A stretch of DNA of 64,000 nucleotides from Candidatus Omnitrophota bacterium (GCA_020352775.1 CP070684.1:47302-111301); one strand, 5' to 3'. Positions 1 to 9,553 are shown, counted from the first letter of the stretch. Notes: generated from the letters alone by a model not told the origin. Translations and numbers: made by a program.

Positions 1-9
1 GCAATTTAA

Positions 10-41
10 GCCCCGGTAAATGACCGGGGCTTGTTTATTTT
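10..41 (+). terminator. Rho-independent terminator of the gene lying upstream of the window
   Basis: GCCCCGGT (10-17) pairs with ACCGGGGC (23-30), 5-nt loop, followed by TTGTTTATTTT. Confidence 0.7.
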
Positions 42-81
42 AAGTTGAATTCAGCTCAGAAAAGAGAGATAATTTTCCAAG

Positions 82-1005
82 ATGAAGATAGGCTATCCTT
101 GTATTAATTGGAGCCTGGAGTGCAAAGGAAACAGAACTTTTCGGCTGCGTTCCTATTCTGTTAAACGCCTTAAAGAAACAGTAGAAAATAACTTAGACTG
201 TCTCTTTAAGATATTAAAGTATAACTTAGATCACAATATATTATTTTTCCGCATCAGCTCGGATTTAATCCCATTTGCCTCCCATCCGGTTTGTAAATTT
301 AAGTGGCAAAGATTCTACAGAAAAGAATTTAAAAAAATCGGTGATTTCATTAAAAAGTACAAGATGCGCATCTCAATGCACCCGGACCAGTTTGTAATAA
401 TCAACTCTCCCGATAAAAAGGTCCTGGCCCGAAGCATAAAAGAGTTAAGCTACCATGCAGCTATCCTGGGTGCAATTGGCCTTGATGCCTCAGCTAAAAT
501 ACAACTGCATGTCGGAGGAAAGTATCTCGACAAGGAAAAATCCCTGAAAAGTTTTATCGAGCGCTATCAAAAGCTCAGTCCTTCGATTAAAAAAAGACTG
601 GTTATTGAAAACGATGATAAAATATATAATGTAGCTGATTGCCTTAGGGTACACCGCCAGACAAGGGTGCCGATTCTGTTTGATGTTTTTCACCATTCTA
701 TAAACCCGAGCAATTTGAACTTAACTAAAATACTTCAAAAAATCAAGAAGACCTGGAAGAAAAAAGATGGCATATTGATGGTGGACTACAGCTATCAGCA
801 GCAAGGAAAGATGAAAGGCTCGCATGCAACATCAATAAACATCAAAGACTTTAAGAAATTCTTAAAATTATCCCGTCCATTTGATTTTGATATAATGCTA
901 GAGATAAAGGATAAAGAAAAAAGCGCCGTAAAAGCAATTAAAACTGCCAAAAGCGATAAACGATTTATAAAGCGAGTGATTCTGAAAAAGGAAGGTGAAA
1001 TATGA
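82..1005 (+). CDS. uvdE: UV DNA damage endonuclease (UvdE/UvsE)
   Basis: 307 aa; collinear with B. subtilis UvsE as I recall it: N-terminal GY.CIN, FRISSDLIPFASHP, SMHPDQF, HVGG, IENDDK, FDVFHH. Confidence 0.85.
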   Translation: MKIGYPCINWSLECKGNRTFRLRSYSVKRLKETVENNLDCLFKILKYNLDHNILFFRISSDLIPFASHPVCKFKWQRFYRKEFKKIGDFIKKYKMRISMHPDQFVIINSPDKKVLARSIKELSYHAAILGAIGLDASAKIQLHVGGKYLDKEKSLKSFIERYQKLSPSIKKRLVIENDDKIYNVADCLRVHRQTRVPILFDVFHHSINPSNLNLTKILQKIKKTWKKKDGILMVDYSYQQQGKMKGSHATSINIKDFKKFLKLSRPFDFDIMLEIKDKEKSAVKAIKTAKSDKRFIKRVILKKEGEI

Positions 1006-1952
1006 AAAAAATAATTCTTATTTTTCTGATTTTCTGTATATTACTGGTCGCTGCAAAAGACCACATTGTTAAAACTGCTTTTAGCACCGTTGCCACTAAA
1101 ATAATCGGAGCTAAGGTCAGTGTCTCTAAGCTTTCATTCGGAATATTGCGTCCCCAGATAAAAATAAAAGATCTACGGTTAAATCAGCCTAAAGGATTTC
1201 CGGAAGGCGTACTTCTGGATATTCCCGCCATAGAAGTAGTTTATGATATCTGGGCACTGCTGAAAAAGAAGCTATACTTTCCGATGGTCAATGTTGATCT
1301 AAAACAGGCTGTAATCATCATAAAAGAAGACGGCTCTCTTAATGTCGATACCCTGAAGGTGGCGCATAAAAAAAATGACGTAAAGCCCAAAGATAAAAAA
1401 ATAAAGCCGCCGGCAATACAAATCGATATATTGAAACTCAATCTGGGCAGGGTGGTAACCAAAACATACCAAACAGATATGCCGGAGACCGTAAAAACAT
1501 TTGAAATCAACGTGAAGAACAAAACCTATAAAAACATCCGCGGCGTTGCGCAGCTTGCGGGCCTAATCCTGGTGGAAGCGCTAAAACCCACCGCAATAAA
1601 AAATGCCGCAATCTATGGAGCAGTCAGTTTAAGTAGTATTGCCTTTCTGCCGGCAGGAGCGGCGGTGGTCTTAAGCGGAAAAGACAGTATCAGCGAAACA
1701 TTCCCTGTGTCTTTTGAAACTGCTTATGCTAAAAGCCTTGAAACTCGATACAGAAAGGGTAGCTTAAAAAGCGAAAACAAAGAAAAAGGAGTAATCAAGG
1801 CTACTGTAAACGGGGCGGATGTGGCATTAAAGATTGTGAAAAACTCTGAGCAAGAAGTAAAAATCACGGTTTCAGCCAGAAGCTTTTTTATCCCCAAGTA
1901 TCAAATCGCTGGAACTATCCTTCATGAACTGACTGAAACATTACGCCAGTAA
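1002..1952 (+). CDS. Membrane-anchored envelope protein, function unknown (AsmA/DUF748-like N-terminus, DUF3568-like C-terminus by eye)
   Basis: 316 aa; N-terminal TM/signal anchor; start overlaps uvdE stop (ATGA); family assignment is only an impression. Confidence 0.5.
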   Translation: MKKIILIFLIFCILLVAAKDHIVKTAFSTVATKIIGAKVSVSKLSFGILRPQIKIKDLRLNQPKGFPEGVLLDIPAIEVVYDIWALLKKKLYFPMVNVDLKQAVIIIKEDGSLNVDTLKVAHKKNDVKPKDKKIKPPAIQIDILKLNLGRVVTKTYQTDMPETVKTFEINVKNKTYKNIRGVAQLAGLILVEALKPTAIKNAAIYGAVSLSSIAFLPAGAAVVLSGKDSISETFPVSFETAYAKSLETRYRKGSLKSENKEKGVIKATVNGADVALKIVKNSEQEVKITVSARSFFIPKYQIAGTILHELTETLRQ

Positions 1953-1963
1953 AAAAGGAACCA

Positions 1964-2848
1964 ATGATGAGATCTAAATTAACCCTTTGTATTTTTGTAA
2001 CGATAATCAGCGCGTTTTCTTTATATGGAGAAGAAATCCAATTAATCAATGGAGATAAAATAACCGGTGAAATAGTATCCCAGGATGAGAGGAGCGTGCG
2101 CATTAAAACCGCCGCAATGGGAATAGTTTCAGTAAGAAGAGATTTCATTAAAAAAGAGAAGGTTCAAGTTACCCAAAAGCCACCGCAGGAGGAAATAGAA
2201 TGGCAAAAAGAGCTTTCATTCGGATACAGTAAAAATACCGGCAACACCCAAAACAGTGAGCTAACCCTCCTGGCACTTCTTAATCGAAAAACCTACGATG
2301 ATGAATTTACCGCAAAAGGGGACTTCTATTACTCTTCCGCAAATAGAAAGATGGATTCGCGCAAGTGGTATACGATGCTGCGCTACGCCTACAGCTTTTG
2401 GCAACGCAAATGGTATCATTTTTATAGAATCGAAGCCGACCACGACCGCTTCGCAGACATTGACTACCGCCTCACGCCGTCCACCGGAATCGGATACTGG
2501 TTTTCTGACACCGAAGACTGGAAGGCAATGGTCGAATGCGGCATCGGCTTGGAACATACCGAGTTTCGCGACGACACCGAAGACAGCGATGAGCTAATCC
2601 TTATTCCACGCTTTTTTATCGAAAAAAGATTAATCAATGAGCTGCGAATCTCCCAAGACACTACTTTCTATCCTTCGCTGGAAAACATCGGCGACTACCG
2701 CGTTCGCTCTGAGACTGCGCTTATGAACCCGATTAGTGAGCAGTGGGCATTAAAATTAAGCCTTATTATTGATTATGATAGTGATCCGGCGCGTGATAAA
2801 AAGAAAAAGGATACCCGGTTTGTATCATCTTTGGTTTATGCGTTTTGA
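1964..2848 (+). CDS. DUF481-type outer-membrane beta-barrel protein (YdiY-like)
   Basis: 294 aa; signal peptide, N-terminal 'LINGDKITGEI' module, alternating aromatic/polar beta-strand pattern, C-terminal ...SSLVYAF. Confidence 0.6.
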   Translation: MMRSKLTLCIFVTIISAFSLYGEEIQLINGDKITGEIVSQDERSVRIKTAAMGIVSVRRDFIKKEKVQVTQKPPQEEIEWQKELSFGYSKNTGNTQNSELTLLALLNRKTYDDEFTAKGDFYYSSANRKMDSRKWYTMLRYAYSFWQRKWYHFYRIEADHDRFADIDYRLTPSTGIGYWFSDTEDWKAMVECGIGLEHTEFRDDTEDSDELILIPRFFIEKRLINELRISQDTTFYPSLENIGDYRVRSETALMNPISEQWALKLSLIIDYDSDPARDKKKKDTRFVSSLVYAF

Positions 2849-2899
2849 TCTTAAATAGAAATAAAAGTTATAGCTATAACAAGACATAAAGGAGGCACC

Positions 2900-3982
2900 A
2901 TGTCAAAGTTCATAAAAAAGTTTTCTAAGACCGCGGGGCGTGCGCCGGGAGAAATCGTCCACGTCGGCGCAAGGAAAATGGAAAAATCAAAGATTACGAT
3001 TATTGACTACGATGCCGGCCAAATTCAGGAAAAAGAAGTCAAGACCGTTGAAGAGTGTTTCCCTTTCAAGGATAAACCCACAATCACCTGGATTAATATC
3101 GACGGGATACACAATACTGAAATCATCGAAAAAATCGGCAGCTATTTTGATATCCATCCTTTAGCCCTGGAGGATATTGTAAATACCGGGCAACGCCCGA
3201 AATGTGAAGATTTTGAAAAATATATCTTCGTTGTTTTAAAAATGCTCTATGAGGGCAAAAACAACGCTGACATCGAAGCTGAACAAGTGAGCGTTATTTT
3301 CGGGCCAAATTTTGTAATTTCCTTCCAGGAAAAAGAAGGGGATGTATTTAATGCCGTCCGGGAAAGAATCAGAAACGCCAAGAGCAGAATAAGAAAAATG
3401 GGCGCAGACTACCTTGCCTATGCCCTGCTAGACTCGGTAGTTGATAATTATTTCGTAATCTTAGAGAAAATAGGCGAAAAAATAGAAGGTATGGAGGAAG
3501 AGCTGGTAAAAAATCCCACCCCTCAAACCTTACAAACAATACATACTTTAAAACGAGAGATGATTTTTCTACGCAAGTCGGTTTGGCCCCTGCGGGAGGT
3601 TATAAACAGCCTGGCGCGCGGCGAATCAGAACTAATCCAGGCCACTACCCTAGTATATCTAAAAGACCTCTATGACCACACCATCCAGGTCATCGATACC
3701 ATCGAGACGTTCCGGGACATGATTTCGGGAATGCTAGATATTTACCTTTCCAGCATCAGCAACAAAATGAACGAAGTAATGAAGGTCTTGACGATAATCG
3801 CCACGATATTTATTCCCATCACTTTTATCGCGGGAATATACGGCATGAATTTTAACCCCGAGGCTTCCAGCTGGAACATGCCGGAACTCAATTGGCGCTA
3901 CGGCTATCTAATTACCTGGGGAATAATATTAGTAGTCGTGCTCTTGATGTTGGGTTACTTCAGAAGAAAAAAATGGCTTTAG
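2900..3982 (+). CDS. corA: Magnesium/cobalt transporter CorA
   Basis: 360 aa; YGMNF signature before the last TM, two C-terminal TMs, SD AAGGAGG upstream. Confidence 0.9.
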   Translation: MSKFIKKFSKTAGRAPGEIVHVGARKMEKSKITIIDYDAGQIQEKEVKTVEECFPFKDKPTITWINIDGIHNTEIIEKIGSYFDIHPLALEDIVNTGQRPKCEDFEKYIFVVLKMLYEGKNNADIEAEQVSVIFGPNFVISFQEKEGDVFNAVRERIRNAKSRIRKMGADYLAYALLDSVVDNYFVILEKIGEKIEGMEEELVKNPTPQTLQTIHTLKREMIFLRKSVWPLREVINSLARGESELIQATTLVYLKDLYDHTIQVIDTIETFRDMISGMLDIYLSSISNKMNEVMKVLTIIATIFIPITFIAGIYGMNFNPEASSWNMPELNWRYGYLITWGIILVVVLLMLGYFRRKKWL

Positions 3983-3998
3983 ACTAAAAGGAGGGGAG

Positions 3999-4199
3999 AT
4001 GAATTGGAAATTTATTATGATATCAGTATTATTGCTGCTTCTTGTGATTTTTACTGCCCAAAACTATGAAGTAGTAAACATTAGCTTTTTATTCTGGTCC
4101 TTTAAAACAAGCCGGGCGCTTATTATTCTTGCCTCGCTATTGATCGGCGTTGCGGTAGGATGGATTATTTCTTTTACCTTGGAACAGCGTACGAGATAA
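3999..4199 (+). CDS. Small LapA-domain (DUF1049-like) membrane protein
   Basis: 66 aa, two TMs, 'FTAQNYEVVNISFLFW' motif typical of LapA-domain proteins; SD GGAGGGGAG. Confidence 0.55.
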   Translation: MNWKFIMISVLLLLLVIFTAQNYEVVNISFLFWSFKTSRALIILASLLIGVAVGWIISFTLEQRTR

Positions 4200-4211
4200 A
4201 CCTTTCTGTGG

Positions 4212-4260
4212 TTGACAAATCAAAAGATATATGTTAATCTATATCGGTGATTGCCGATAT
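4212..4260 (+). promoter_or_regulatory. Sigma70-type promoter plus palindromic candidate ArsR operator
   Basis: TTGACA (4212-4217), 17-nt spacer, TAATCT (4235-4240); inverted repeat ATATCGG-N6-CCGATAT at 4241-4260 spans the arsR start region. Confidence 0.5.
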
Positions 4261-4603
4261 GGATGAAAAGATTAAGACCTTTAAAGCCCTTTCCGATAAA
4301 AACCGCCTGAGAATCTTAAAACTTCTTGAGGCCAAGCCCCTATGTGTGTGTGAATTAAATGCAATTCTGGAAATTGCCCAGTCCAGCACCTCCCAGCACC
4401 TTAAAGTCTTAAAAGATGTTGGGCTTATTAAAGATAAAAAGCAAAGTTACTGGGTTAATTATTATTTGGCTCAAAATGTAAAAGATAATTTTATCAGGGA
4501 GCAACTAAAAATTATTGCAAAGTCTTTTAACGATGATGCGGTTATAAAAAAGGACAACCGAATGGTGCGCAAAATAAACCGTAAATCTCTATGCTGTAAG
4601 TGA
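4247..4603 (+). CDS. ArsR/SmtB-family metalloregulator (alternative ATG start at 4259)
   Basis: 118 aa; wHTH with 'LCVCEL' metal-site motif and 'SQHLKVLKDVGLI' recognition helix. Confidence 0.85.
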   Translation: MIADMDEKIKTFKALSDKNRLRILKLLEAKPLCVCELNAILEIAQSSTSQHLKVLKDVGLIKDKKQSYWVNYYLAQNVKDNFIREQLKIIAKSFNDDAVIKKDNRMVRKINRKSLCCK

Positions 4604-4604
4604 T

Positions 4605-5660
4605 ATGGATAAAAAGACGATTTTTGCGATCAGTATGGTACTTTTGATTTTTGCAATCATCCTTGTCTATGAGTGGGGTGGGGCCTGGCGAGGCTACAAG
4701 ACCACCATTGAGCAAAGCGAAGCAATTACGGCTGAGCTTTTAAAAAAGCAGGATATCCCGCTCTATATGTTGGTAATAGTGACCATCATTGATTACATCA
4801 AGCATTCCTGGCTCTGTCTTGTTTTGGCATTTCTTGCGGCCGGCGCGCTTCAGGAATTTGTGCCCAAAGATAAGGTAATTAAAATCCTGGGTTCAGGCAG
4901 GGGTTTTCTTCCCTATGCTTTAGCCGGAGCAGGAGGGCCTTTGCTTTCAATGTGCTCCTGCAGTATTATCCCTATTTTTGGAGGGCTTTATAAAAGAGGA
5001 GCAGGGCTGGGCCCGGCGTTGACCTTTCTGCTGGCAGCTCCGGCATTTAATCCTGCAGCGCTTCTTTTAACATTTGCGCTTTTGGGCTGGAAGTTTATGG
5101 TAGCAAGGGTTGTTTTTGCCATCGGCTCCGGGATTCTGGTGGGCTACATCACCGAGCGCACAATGAAAGGAAAAATTTCAGAACCAGAGTGTATCCATAT
5201 TGATACCAGCGCCTATAAAGGGACGCAAGAAAAGACAAGCTATGGGCAAAGAATCATCAATATGTTTCTTTACTCCTGGGAATTTGTAAAGCTTGTGCTT
5301 CCTTTAATATTAGTGGGAGTGGTGCTGGCGGGGTTAATAAAGGCATTCGTGCCGGCGGCTTTTATTATCAAGTATCTGGGGGTGGGGATTCTACCCATAA
5401 TGCTTGCTTCAGCAATCGGGGTATTTATGTATGCCCCTTCGCTTGTGGAAGCGCCTCTTGTCAAAGGATTACTGGAAACAGGCATGGGAACCGGGGCCTC
5501 CATGGCACACCTTTTAACCGGTCCGGCATTAAGCTTACCCTCAATCCTTGGAGTCTGTAAAATCGTAAGCCCAAGAGTGCCTCTGGTATACGCCACCCTG
5601 ATGTGGTTATGCGGGGTAGTGGCAGGTCTTGTTTTCTGGTTTTTAGTGCCCGTGTTTTAA
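4605..5660 (+). CDS. Permease of the ArsP/DUF318 family
   Basis: 351 aa polytopic membrane protein with 'SMCSCS' motif; sits between arsR and a redox-active disulfide protein, a common cassette. Confidence 0.7.
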   Translation: MDKKTIFAISMVLLIFAIILVYEWGGAWRGYKTTIEQSEAITAELLKKQDIPLYMLVIVTIIDYIKHSWLCLVLAFLAAGALQEFVPKDKVIKILGSGRGFLPYALAGAGGPLLSMCSCSIIPIFGGLYKRGAGLGPALTFLLAAPAFNPAALLLTFALLGWKFMVARVVFAIGSGILVGYITERTMKGKISEPECIHIDTSAYKGTQEKTSYGQRIINMFLYSWEFVKLVLPLILVGVVLAGLIKAFVPAAFIIKYLGVGILPIMLASAIGVFMYAPSLVEAPLVKGLLETGMGTGASMAHLLTGPALSLPSILGVCKIVSPRVPLVYATLMWLCGVVAGLVFWFLVPVF

Positions 5661-5675
5661 TTAAAGGAGGAGTTT

Positions 5676-5915
5676 ATGAAAATAGAAGTATTTGGACCGG
5701 GTTGTTACCGCTGCCAGCAGGTTGAAAAGGCAGTAAAGGAAGCTCTTGCTGAACTTAATATCTCTGCCGAGGTAGAAAAAGTTACGGATATGAAAAGAAT
5801 CGTAGAAGCCGGTATTATGCCCACCCCGGGATTAAGTATCGATGGAGAAGTAAAGAGTTGCGGACGCATCCCCGATAAAGAAGAAATCAAAAACTGGATT
5901 ACTGAGAAAACATAA
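5676..5915 (+). CDS. Thioredoxin-fold redox-active disulfide protein 2
   Basis: 79 aa; 'GPGCYRCQ' CxxC near the N-terminus, 'TPGLSIDGE' motif; SD AAGGAGGAG. Confidence 0.8.
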   Translation: MKIEVFGPGCYRCQQVEKAVKEALAELNISAEVEKVTDMKRIVEAGIMPTPGLSIDGEVKSCGRIPDKEEIKNWITEKT

Positions 5916-5920
5916 AAACT

Positions 5921-5949
5921 CAGAATTCAATTCTGCCTTTCTATTTTTT
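5921..5949 (+). terminator. Weak intrinsic terminator after the ars-like cassette
   Basis: CAGAAT/ATTCTG short AT-rich stem followed by CCTTTCTATTTTTT. Confidence 0.35.
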
Positions 5950-5985
5950 GGTTGAATTCATTCATAAAAAAGGGATAATATAGCC

Positions 5986-6267
5986 GTGAAGATTAAACTC
6001 TTAGCGGTCTTGATATTATTTCTTTTTATAGTTGGTGGTTGCCATCACCGCAAAGATGAGCCCCCTCGTTTTTCCACGCCCTTTGGAGAAATAAGAACCG
6101 GTTACGCGATGAGTGAAGTAATGAATGTATTGGGTAATCCCCACCATATCACATCTGGAAAAGAAACTGAAACCTGGTATTACTACCTTGGTAAAGACAA
6201 AGTATTCTTTGTGGATTTTGTAGGCAATAAAGTAATAGATGTACGAAAGAAACCAACCAGTGAATAG
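5986..6267 (+). CDS. Small lipoprotein, BamE/SmpA_OmlA-like
   Basis: 93 aa, GTG start, lipobox 'VGGC', 'GMSEVMNVLGNPHH...W.Y' pattern resembling the BamE fold. Confidence 0.5.
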   Translation: MKIKLLAVLILFLFIVGGCHHRKDEPPRFSTPFGEIRTGYAMSEVMNVLGNPHHITSGKETETWYYYLGKDKVFFVDFVGNKVIDVRKKPTSE

Positions 6268-7297
6268 AGCCGGCTTTGCTATAATCGCGGCTATTCTAAT
6301 ATTAATTATCCTCTCGGCGCTGGGGATATTTGCCGGCGCAATGCTATCCACTGATATTCACTCCGTGACCGATTCTGTGCGCGCCGATGAGGCGTTTTAT
6401 CTTGCCGAGGCAGGCATACCTTTTTATATTGCAAACCAATTAAAACACGACAGTGACTGGAGTGACAATACCGCTGAAATCACAAAAAATTTCGGGGGAG
6501 GCCAATTTAGCGTAACACCGCTTTCCAGCACCTCCAATAGCATTACCTTACAGTCCAGCGGCTCAATCCCGGTATTCGGCGCTGATATTAAACGTGTAAT
6601 CAAATACACAATGCAAGCCACTGGGCCTCAATATGAGCCGTTCTTCTATGCGCTATATGGCGGCGGCGGGCCTCAACTGGGAAAAGGAGAACTGATTATA
6701 AGCAGTATCGGCGGAGACATCGATGGAGATATATACCTTAAAGACAATGCAACCATTGTAAGCTCACCAGGCCTAAATTTAAATGGAGTCTTAAGTGAAT
6801 ACGAGGCTAGCGCCGACATCCCCGCCATAGACTGGAGTTACTGGCTCGCAACTGCAGATTATATATATACGGGTAAAAAATATTTCAGTAAGACCACTTT
6901 AAATGGGATTTATCTCGTTGAGGGTGATGTGGTTTTAGATGAAGTCACTGTCAATGGCACGGTTATCTCAACCAATGATATAATATGTCAGGGAGGAGAA
7001 AATTTTGTGGTTACCCCTGAGGCTGGACATCCCGGATTTATCGCCGAGGGTGATATCCAGATAATTGCCGGAAACCAAGCGCACTTCACGATAAATGGGC
7101 CAATTTACGGCCAGGATAATATAATAATATCTAGCGGAACCAATCTAACCATTAATGGCTCGATGGTGTTCGGCGCAAGATGCACCATTACCAGTATCAG
7201 TTCGATAGACATAAATTTATCAGAGCATCCCATAGCCGTAGGATTTATCGGAGAGAAAATGAGAAGAATAACTAGCGGTGGGTTTGATGAGCTATAG
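6239..7297 (+). CDS. PilX-N-domain pseudopilin-like protein with beta-helix-like C-terminal region, paralogue 1 (alternative GTG start at 6260)
   Basis: 352 aa; 'GFAIIAAILILIILSALGIFAGAMLSTD' hydrophobic N-terminus, 'EAFYLAEAGI' motif, repeated 'T(V/I)NG(T/S)' strands; paralogous to 9789-10790 and 15895-16920. Confidence 0.7.
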   Translation: MYERNQPVNRAGFAIIAAILILIILSALGIFAGAMLSTDIHSVTDSVRADEAFYLAEAGIPFYIANQLKHDSDWSDNTAEITKNFGGGQFSVTPLSSTSNSITLQSSGSIPVFGADIKRVIKYTMQATGPQYEPFFYALYGGGGPQLGKGELIISSIGGDIDGDIYLKDNATIVSSPGLNLNGVLSEYEASADIPAIDWSYWLATADYIYTGKKYFSKTTLNGIYLVEGDVVLDEVTVNGTVISTNDIICQGGENFVVTPEAGHPGFIAEGDIQIIAGNQAHFTINGPIYGQDNIIISSGTNLTINGSMVFGARCTITSISSIDINLSEHPIAVGFIGEKMRRITSGGFDEL

Positions 7298-7334
7298 AAT
7301 TTCTTCTCACCATTAAATTTGTTACGCTTTTCTC

Positions 7335-7363
7335 TTGAAATCGCTCTTTAATCGAGAGATAAT
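7335..7363 (+). promoter_or_regulatory. Sigma70-type promoter of the hemerythrin gene
   Basis: TTGAAA (7335-7340), 17-nt spacer, GATAAT (7358-7363), about 27 nt upstream of the ATG. Confidence 0.45.
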
Positions 7364-7389
7364 CTTTGAAATGAAACAAAGGAGAAGTT

Positions 7390-7950
7390 ATGACTTATAA
7401 ACCAATAGACATAACTGCAGTGGGAATTTTAATGCTTGAGCACCGCCAGATTGAGCGCGTGATTGAAGTAATGAAAACAGAACTTGAGATAACAAATAAA
7501 GAAGCCAGGGCAAAGCCCGAATTCATAGATATTGCAATAGACTTTATCCGAACCTATGCTGATAAATCCCATCACGGCAAGGAAGAACAGATATTTTTCA
7601 GGGACCTCTATAAAAAGAACATCGCAAAAAAACACAAAGACTACATTGATCTACTCGTTGCGGAACATAAACAAGGCAGAGAAACCGTCGGCCAATTAGA
7701 AGCAACTAAAGAAAAATATCTAAAAGGTGATTCCGGCGCTTTAAATGAAATCAAGGAGTGCATGAAATGGCTCATTGATTTTTATCCCCAGCACATCGAA
7801 AAAGAAGATAAACATTTTTTTGCATTATACCGGGAGTATCTTAATGAAGAAGAGCAAGATAAGATGCTGGCCGAATGTCTTGAGTTTGACAGCACAGGAA
7901 TTCGTGAGAAATACAAAGATATAATAGCGCGACTTAAAAAAGTAAAATAA
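7390..7950 (+). CDS. Hemerythrin-domain protein
   Basis: 186 aa; 'LEHRQIE', 'DKSHHGKEE', 'HKQGRE', 'QHIEKEDKHFF' His/Glu-rich helices typical of hemerythrin-like cation-binding domains. Confidence 0.7.
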   Translation: MTYKPIDITAVGILMLEHRQIERVIEVMKTELEITNKEARAKPEFIDIAIDFIRTYADKSHHGKEEQIFFRDLYKKNIAKKHKDYIDLLVAEHKQGRETVGQLEATKEKYLKGDSGALNEIKECMKWLIDFYPQHIEKEDKHFFALYREYLNEEEQDKMLAECLEFDSTGIREKYKDIIARLKKVK

Positions 7951-7960
7951 AAGGAGGTGG

Positions 7961-8335
7961 GTGATGGTCATAGTGGCTAGAATATTCGGGGCGTTCGTGG
8001 TTGTATTGGGAGTAGTGTTTCTAGTCAGTCCTTCATCGATGAAAGGATACATTGCGTTCTGGAAGAAAGACCTAAGGATTTATTGGCTTGGAGTATTACG
8101 TCTGGTATTAGGCAGTATCTTTTTAATGGCCGCGCCGACTTGCAGAATGCCAGCGATTATGAACGTACTTGGCATTTTATTGCTTGTGGGTGGAGTGCTT
8201 ATTTTTGGCATGGGCCCAAAAAGAGTAGCTGCTATGCTGGAGTGGTTTGACAAACAATCCGAGATGGTTATAAGGCTCTGGGCTCTTATTGCGTTTGGTA
8301 TTGGTTACATAATTGTTCACGCCGCACAGTTTTAG
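7961..8335 (+). CDS. Four-TM membrane protein of unknown function, paralogue A
   Basis: 124 aa; aligns along its length with 13991-14356 (e.g. 'LVSPSSMKGYIAFWKKDLRIY' vs 'LIKPATMKRYATFWMKDNRIY'). Confidence 0.6.
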   Translation: MMVIVARIFGAFVVVLGVVFLVSPSSMKGYIAFWKKDLRIYWLGVLRLVLGSIFLMAAPTCRMPAIMNVLGILLLVGGVLIFGMGPKRVAAMLEWFDKQSEMVIRLWALIAFGIGYIIVHAAQF

Positions 8336-8366
8336 GGAAACGGCCCCCTTTTAAGATGGAGGAAGG

Positions 8367-8504
8367 ATGGCAAAAAAGAAAACAAAGCGCAAAAAAGACA
8401 CCACTTATATCTGTGTAATATGCGGCAAGAAAAAGAAAGCGCCTAAAGGAACAAAGTGCTGCGGCGAATTTATGCTCACAAAAGATAAGGTCTGGCCGGA
8501 TTAA
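8367..8504 (+). CDS. 45-aa lysine-rich zinc-ribbon-like protein (below the ORF-track size cut-off)
   Basis: MAKKKTKRKKDTTYICVICGKKKKAPKGTKCCGEFMLTKDKVWPD; CxxC...CC; SD GGAGG 4 nt upstream; same strand and tight spacing with its neighbours. Confidence 0.55.
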   Translation: MAKKKTKRKKDTTYICVICGKKKKAPKGTKCCGEFMLTKDKVWPD

Positions 8505-8515
8505 AAAAAGAAATA

Positions 8516-9274
8516 ATGAAAAGGATTGCAATACTAACCATAATGATAGGGATTCTGGCCGGGCTTGCCTATGGCCAGGATTTATCTATTGAAACAATTA
8601 ATATTGTCCCTCCTGGCAATACCTGTAAATACGAGTGGCAAGCCACTATAAAAAACAATGACCCTTCCGCGGTAACAGGCATAATAGCAGTGCAGGGAAG
8701 ACAGGGGCAGGGAGGTAACTGGCATCCTGCTGCCGGTGCTAGCGTCACAAATCTTAACCCCGGTCAGATCAAAACCGCAACTGCAAAATGGACTCGCAAA
8801 CCCGGGGTAACCGAGTTTAAAATCGAGATTTATTATGCCGGTGGTATTGTAACCGAAGAAATAATGCCCCTACCGGTTGAGCCACCTACAGACGTACAGA
8901 TAATCAGTGCTGACTTTCGAGATAACGGCTACACCATTAACATCAGAAACAATGCTCCTCATCCGGCATCAGAGATAATAAAGCAAGCCTCCATGGCGAG
9001 CCCCCAGAATCCTAATACCTGGGTTCCCATCGGCGGAGATACGATCCCATGCATTCCCGCCGGTACAATCGAACAAAAGAATTATGTGCGCTCGCCCGGC
9101 TGGAAAGACGGCTATACTAAATTTAAAGTTGCTTTATACCGGGCAGGAGCAAATGTAGGGGAACGAATTTTTGATTACACACCGTCTCCTAGCGCCAGAG
9201 AAACAGAAATAGTTCCCTTAAAGCCAAAACCGCCTCAACCATTCTTAAGGAGGATATGGCCACGAAAAAGATAA
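8516..9274 (+). CDS. Secreted protein with two tandem Ig-like (CARDB-like) domains
   Basis: 252 aa; signal peptide; two segments of about 100 aa sharing the pattern I..I.N....W.P..G....PG.I......G.T.FK...Y.AG. Confidence 0.55.
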   Translation: MKRIAILTIMIGILAGLAYGQDLSIETINIVPPGNTCKYEWQATIKNNDPSAVTGIIAVQGRQGQGGNWHPAAGASVTNLNPGQIKTATAKWTRKPGVTEFKIEIYYAGGIVTEEIMPLPVEPPTDVQIISADFRDNGYTINIRNNAPHPASEIIKQASMASPQNPNTWVPIGGDTIPCIPAGTIEQKNYVRSPGWKDGYTKFKVALYRAGANVGERIFDYTPSPSARETEIVPLKPKPPQPFLRRIWPRKR

Positions 9275-9289
9275 CTAATTACGCACGCT

Positions 9290-9523
9290 ATGTCTAAATT
9301 CATAAAAATCATTCTATCCATAACCGTAATGTTTTTCTGCTTAAAATACTGGTTTGAGATGAACAAACCAAAAGAACTGCGCTGGCAAAAAAGCATTTAT
9401 GAAATAGAGATACCGGTAAAGATGCCAAAAATACGTGATAAAAAGCAACTTGCCGCGGTGATTGCAGTAATGCTTTCGCTTATTTATATTATGCGAATAA
9501 TTGTTTCACCGCCTTCGACATAA
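9290..9523 (+). CDS. Small two-TM membrane protein, tandem paralogue 1
   Basis: 77 aa; TM - 'LRWQKSIYE' - TM; same architecture as the next ORF. Confidence 0.45.
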   Translation: MSKFIKIILSITVMFFCLKYWFEMNKPKELRWQKSIYEIEIPVKMPKIRDKKQLAAVIAVMLSLIYIMRIIVSPPST

Positions 9524-9553
9524 TCCAAAAAATAAAAATTAAGGAGTTAGGCA

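Noticed and set aside
2261-2661. ORFs 2261-2557(-), 2298-2597(+) and 2464-2661(-)
   Set aside because: They are nested in a locally GC-richer part of the DUF481 barrel gene. The DUF481 frame has the signal peptide and the beta-strand periodicity.
8286-8531. 81-aa minus-strand ORF overlapping the Zn-ribbon micro-ORF
   Set aside because: It is in the opposite orientation to the surrounding operon, has no SD and gives a Phe/Leu-rich antisense-type product. The + strand micro-ORF has a strong SD.
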